A stretch of 56,304 nt of DNA from Sphingomonadaceae bacterium (GTDB lineage: Bacteria; Pseudomonadota; Gammaproteobacteria; Burkholderiales; SG8-39). Under the pieces are notes generated by a model. That model saw only the letters and a program-made list of their open reading frames with translations. It had not been told where the DNA came from and searched no databases. The stretch spans positions 1 through 56,304 of the forward strand of contig JBLMWT010000264.1 of assembly GCA_050257375.1 (NCBI GenBank), read 5' to 3'. The translations under genes and the position numbers were made by a program. Numbering within the stretch: position 1 is the first letter of the stretch; every line of letters begins with the position of its first letter. Shown in pieces: positions 55,496-56,304 of this stretch.

Positions 55496-55885
55496 ATGAT
55501 TGCCTTCAACGTTGTTCGCTTCCGTGTAAGGCCGGGAATGGAAGACGCCTTCGTCGCCAGGCACCGCGACGCAGGACGCGACATGGCCGGGTTCCGGCGC
55601 GGCGCGCTCGTCAAGACCGGCGACCGAACCTATTGCATGATCGGCGAATGGGGCTCGATGGGCGACATCGTCAACGCGCGCCCGACGATGATCGCGCTGC
55701 TCGACACCTTCCGCGACATGCTCGAGGACCTGGGCAGCGGGCTCGGGGTCACCGACCCTGTGTCCGGCGAAGCCGTGATCGAGATGGGTACGCCGAAGCT
55801 GGCGCGACCCAAGGCGAAGGCCAAACCCAGGGCCAAACCCAAGACCAAGAAAGCCCGCAAGGCCCCAAAGAAAAAGAAGAAGTAA
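55496..55885 (+). CDS. ABM-like dimeric alpha/beta barrel protein with a Lys/Ala/Pro-rich tail
   Basis: MIAFNVVRFRVRPG.E..F...KTGDRTYCMIGEW...LGVTDPVSG; tail RPKAKAKPRAKPKTKKARKAPKKKKK. Confidence 0.75.
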   Translation: MIAFNVVRFRVRPGMEDAFVARHRDAGRDMAGFRRGALVKTGDRTYCMIGEWGSMGDIVNARPTMIALLDTFRDMLEDLGSGLGVTDPVSGEAVIEMGTPKLARPKAKAKPRAKPKTKKARKAPKKKKK

Positions 55886-55906
55886 GGCGCTGCGGGCCGC
55901 CCGGCC

Positions 55907-56104
55907 TTAGAACGAGCGGATGCCGTCGGGGTCCTCGACACGCGAGGACTGCCAGGGCACGTCCGTGCGATCGGTGGCGTAGTGGGCGACTTGCCGGGTC
56001 GCCTGCTCGCGCACGCCGCTGGCGGATACTTGTGTCGATCCGCCGCAGGCGGGCAGGAACAAAGCGAGGGCAAGGGCGACTTGCAAGATCAGTTTGGCTT
56101 TCAT
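55907..56104 (-). CDS. small hypothetical lipoprotein
   Basis: MKAK + hydrophobic core + LPA|CGG lipobox; SD AAGGAGGA. Confidence 0.7.
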   Translation of the reverse strand: MKAKLILQVALALALFLPACGGSTQVSASGVREQATRQVAHYATDRTDVPWQSSRVEDPDGIRSF

Positions 56105-56233
56105 GTCGTCCTCCTTGCGTCTCGATGGGTCACACAGTAGAGATCGACGGCCGAAATCTCAGCGAACGAAGGCGCCGGGAAGCAGTGACGGATTCACAAT
56201 CCGCGCTAACATCGGCGCGATGGAGGCCTTGCC

Positions 56234-56304
56234 ATGACCACGCCACTCACCGGCAGCTGCCTGTGCGGCGCCATCCGCTACACGATCGACGCCCCGGTCA
56301 CCGA
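56234..56304 (+). CDS. GFA-family (CxC zinc-binding) protein, 5' part only
   Basis: SD GGAGG, then MTTPLTGSCLCGAIRYTIDAPVT; runs off the window edge. Confidence 0.8.
   Translation, partial: MTTPLTGSCLCGAIRYTIDAPVT

Overview
GC-rich, gene-dense chromosomal window, most likely from a betaproteobacterium (16S 5' sequence and the gntR-sdhCDAB-sdhE-gltA-sucAB-lpdA-zapE / mdh layout). Left to right: (1) the 5' end of an rRNA operon on the - strand, with an initiator tRNA-fMet between a consensus sigma70 promoter and boxA; (2) a NitT/TauT ABC transporter; (3) tRNA-Ser, SRP RNA, dnaX-ybaB-recR; (4) an acetate-type module: acs, DUF4212 + ActP-like symporter, a YggT-like protein, a DEDDh-exonuclease/CBS/DUF294-nucleotidyltransferase fusion and an orphan gene; (5) fumarase, MFS, HMG-CoA-lyase-like and CaiB genes; (6) a ~16.5 kb - strand TCA run ending in acuI-prpE-glcG-like-cupin; (7) mdh-prpBC-DUF3460-prpD-orphan-thioredoxin-acnA; (8) hslR, msrA, panE-like, and a glutaredoxin-DinB fusion; (9) a zinc-ribbon/class III cyclase/AAA/TPR gene with an orphan partner, then dusA and small metabolic genes. 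I saw no CRISPR array, integrase or transposase. The best candidates for undescribed biology are in the acetate module: a 3'UTR segment of the symporter mRNA that is complementary to the translation-start regions of its own operon and of acs (candidate 3'UTR-derived autoregulatory sRNA), and a possible bifunctional nucleotidylation writer/eraser protein. The tRNA-fMet in the rrn leader and an AT-rich patch inside lpdA also stand out. All calls come from reading motifs by eye; no searches were run.
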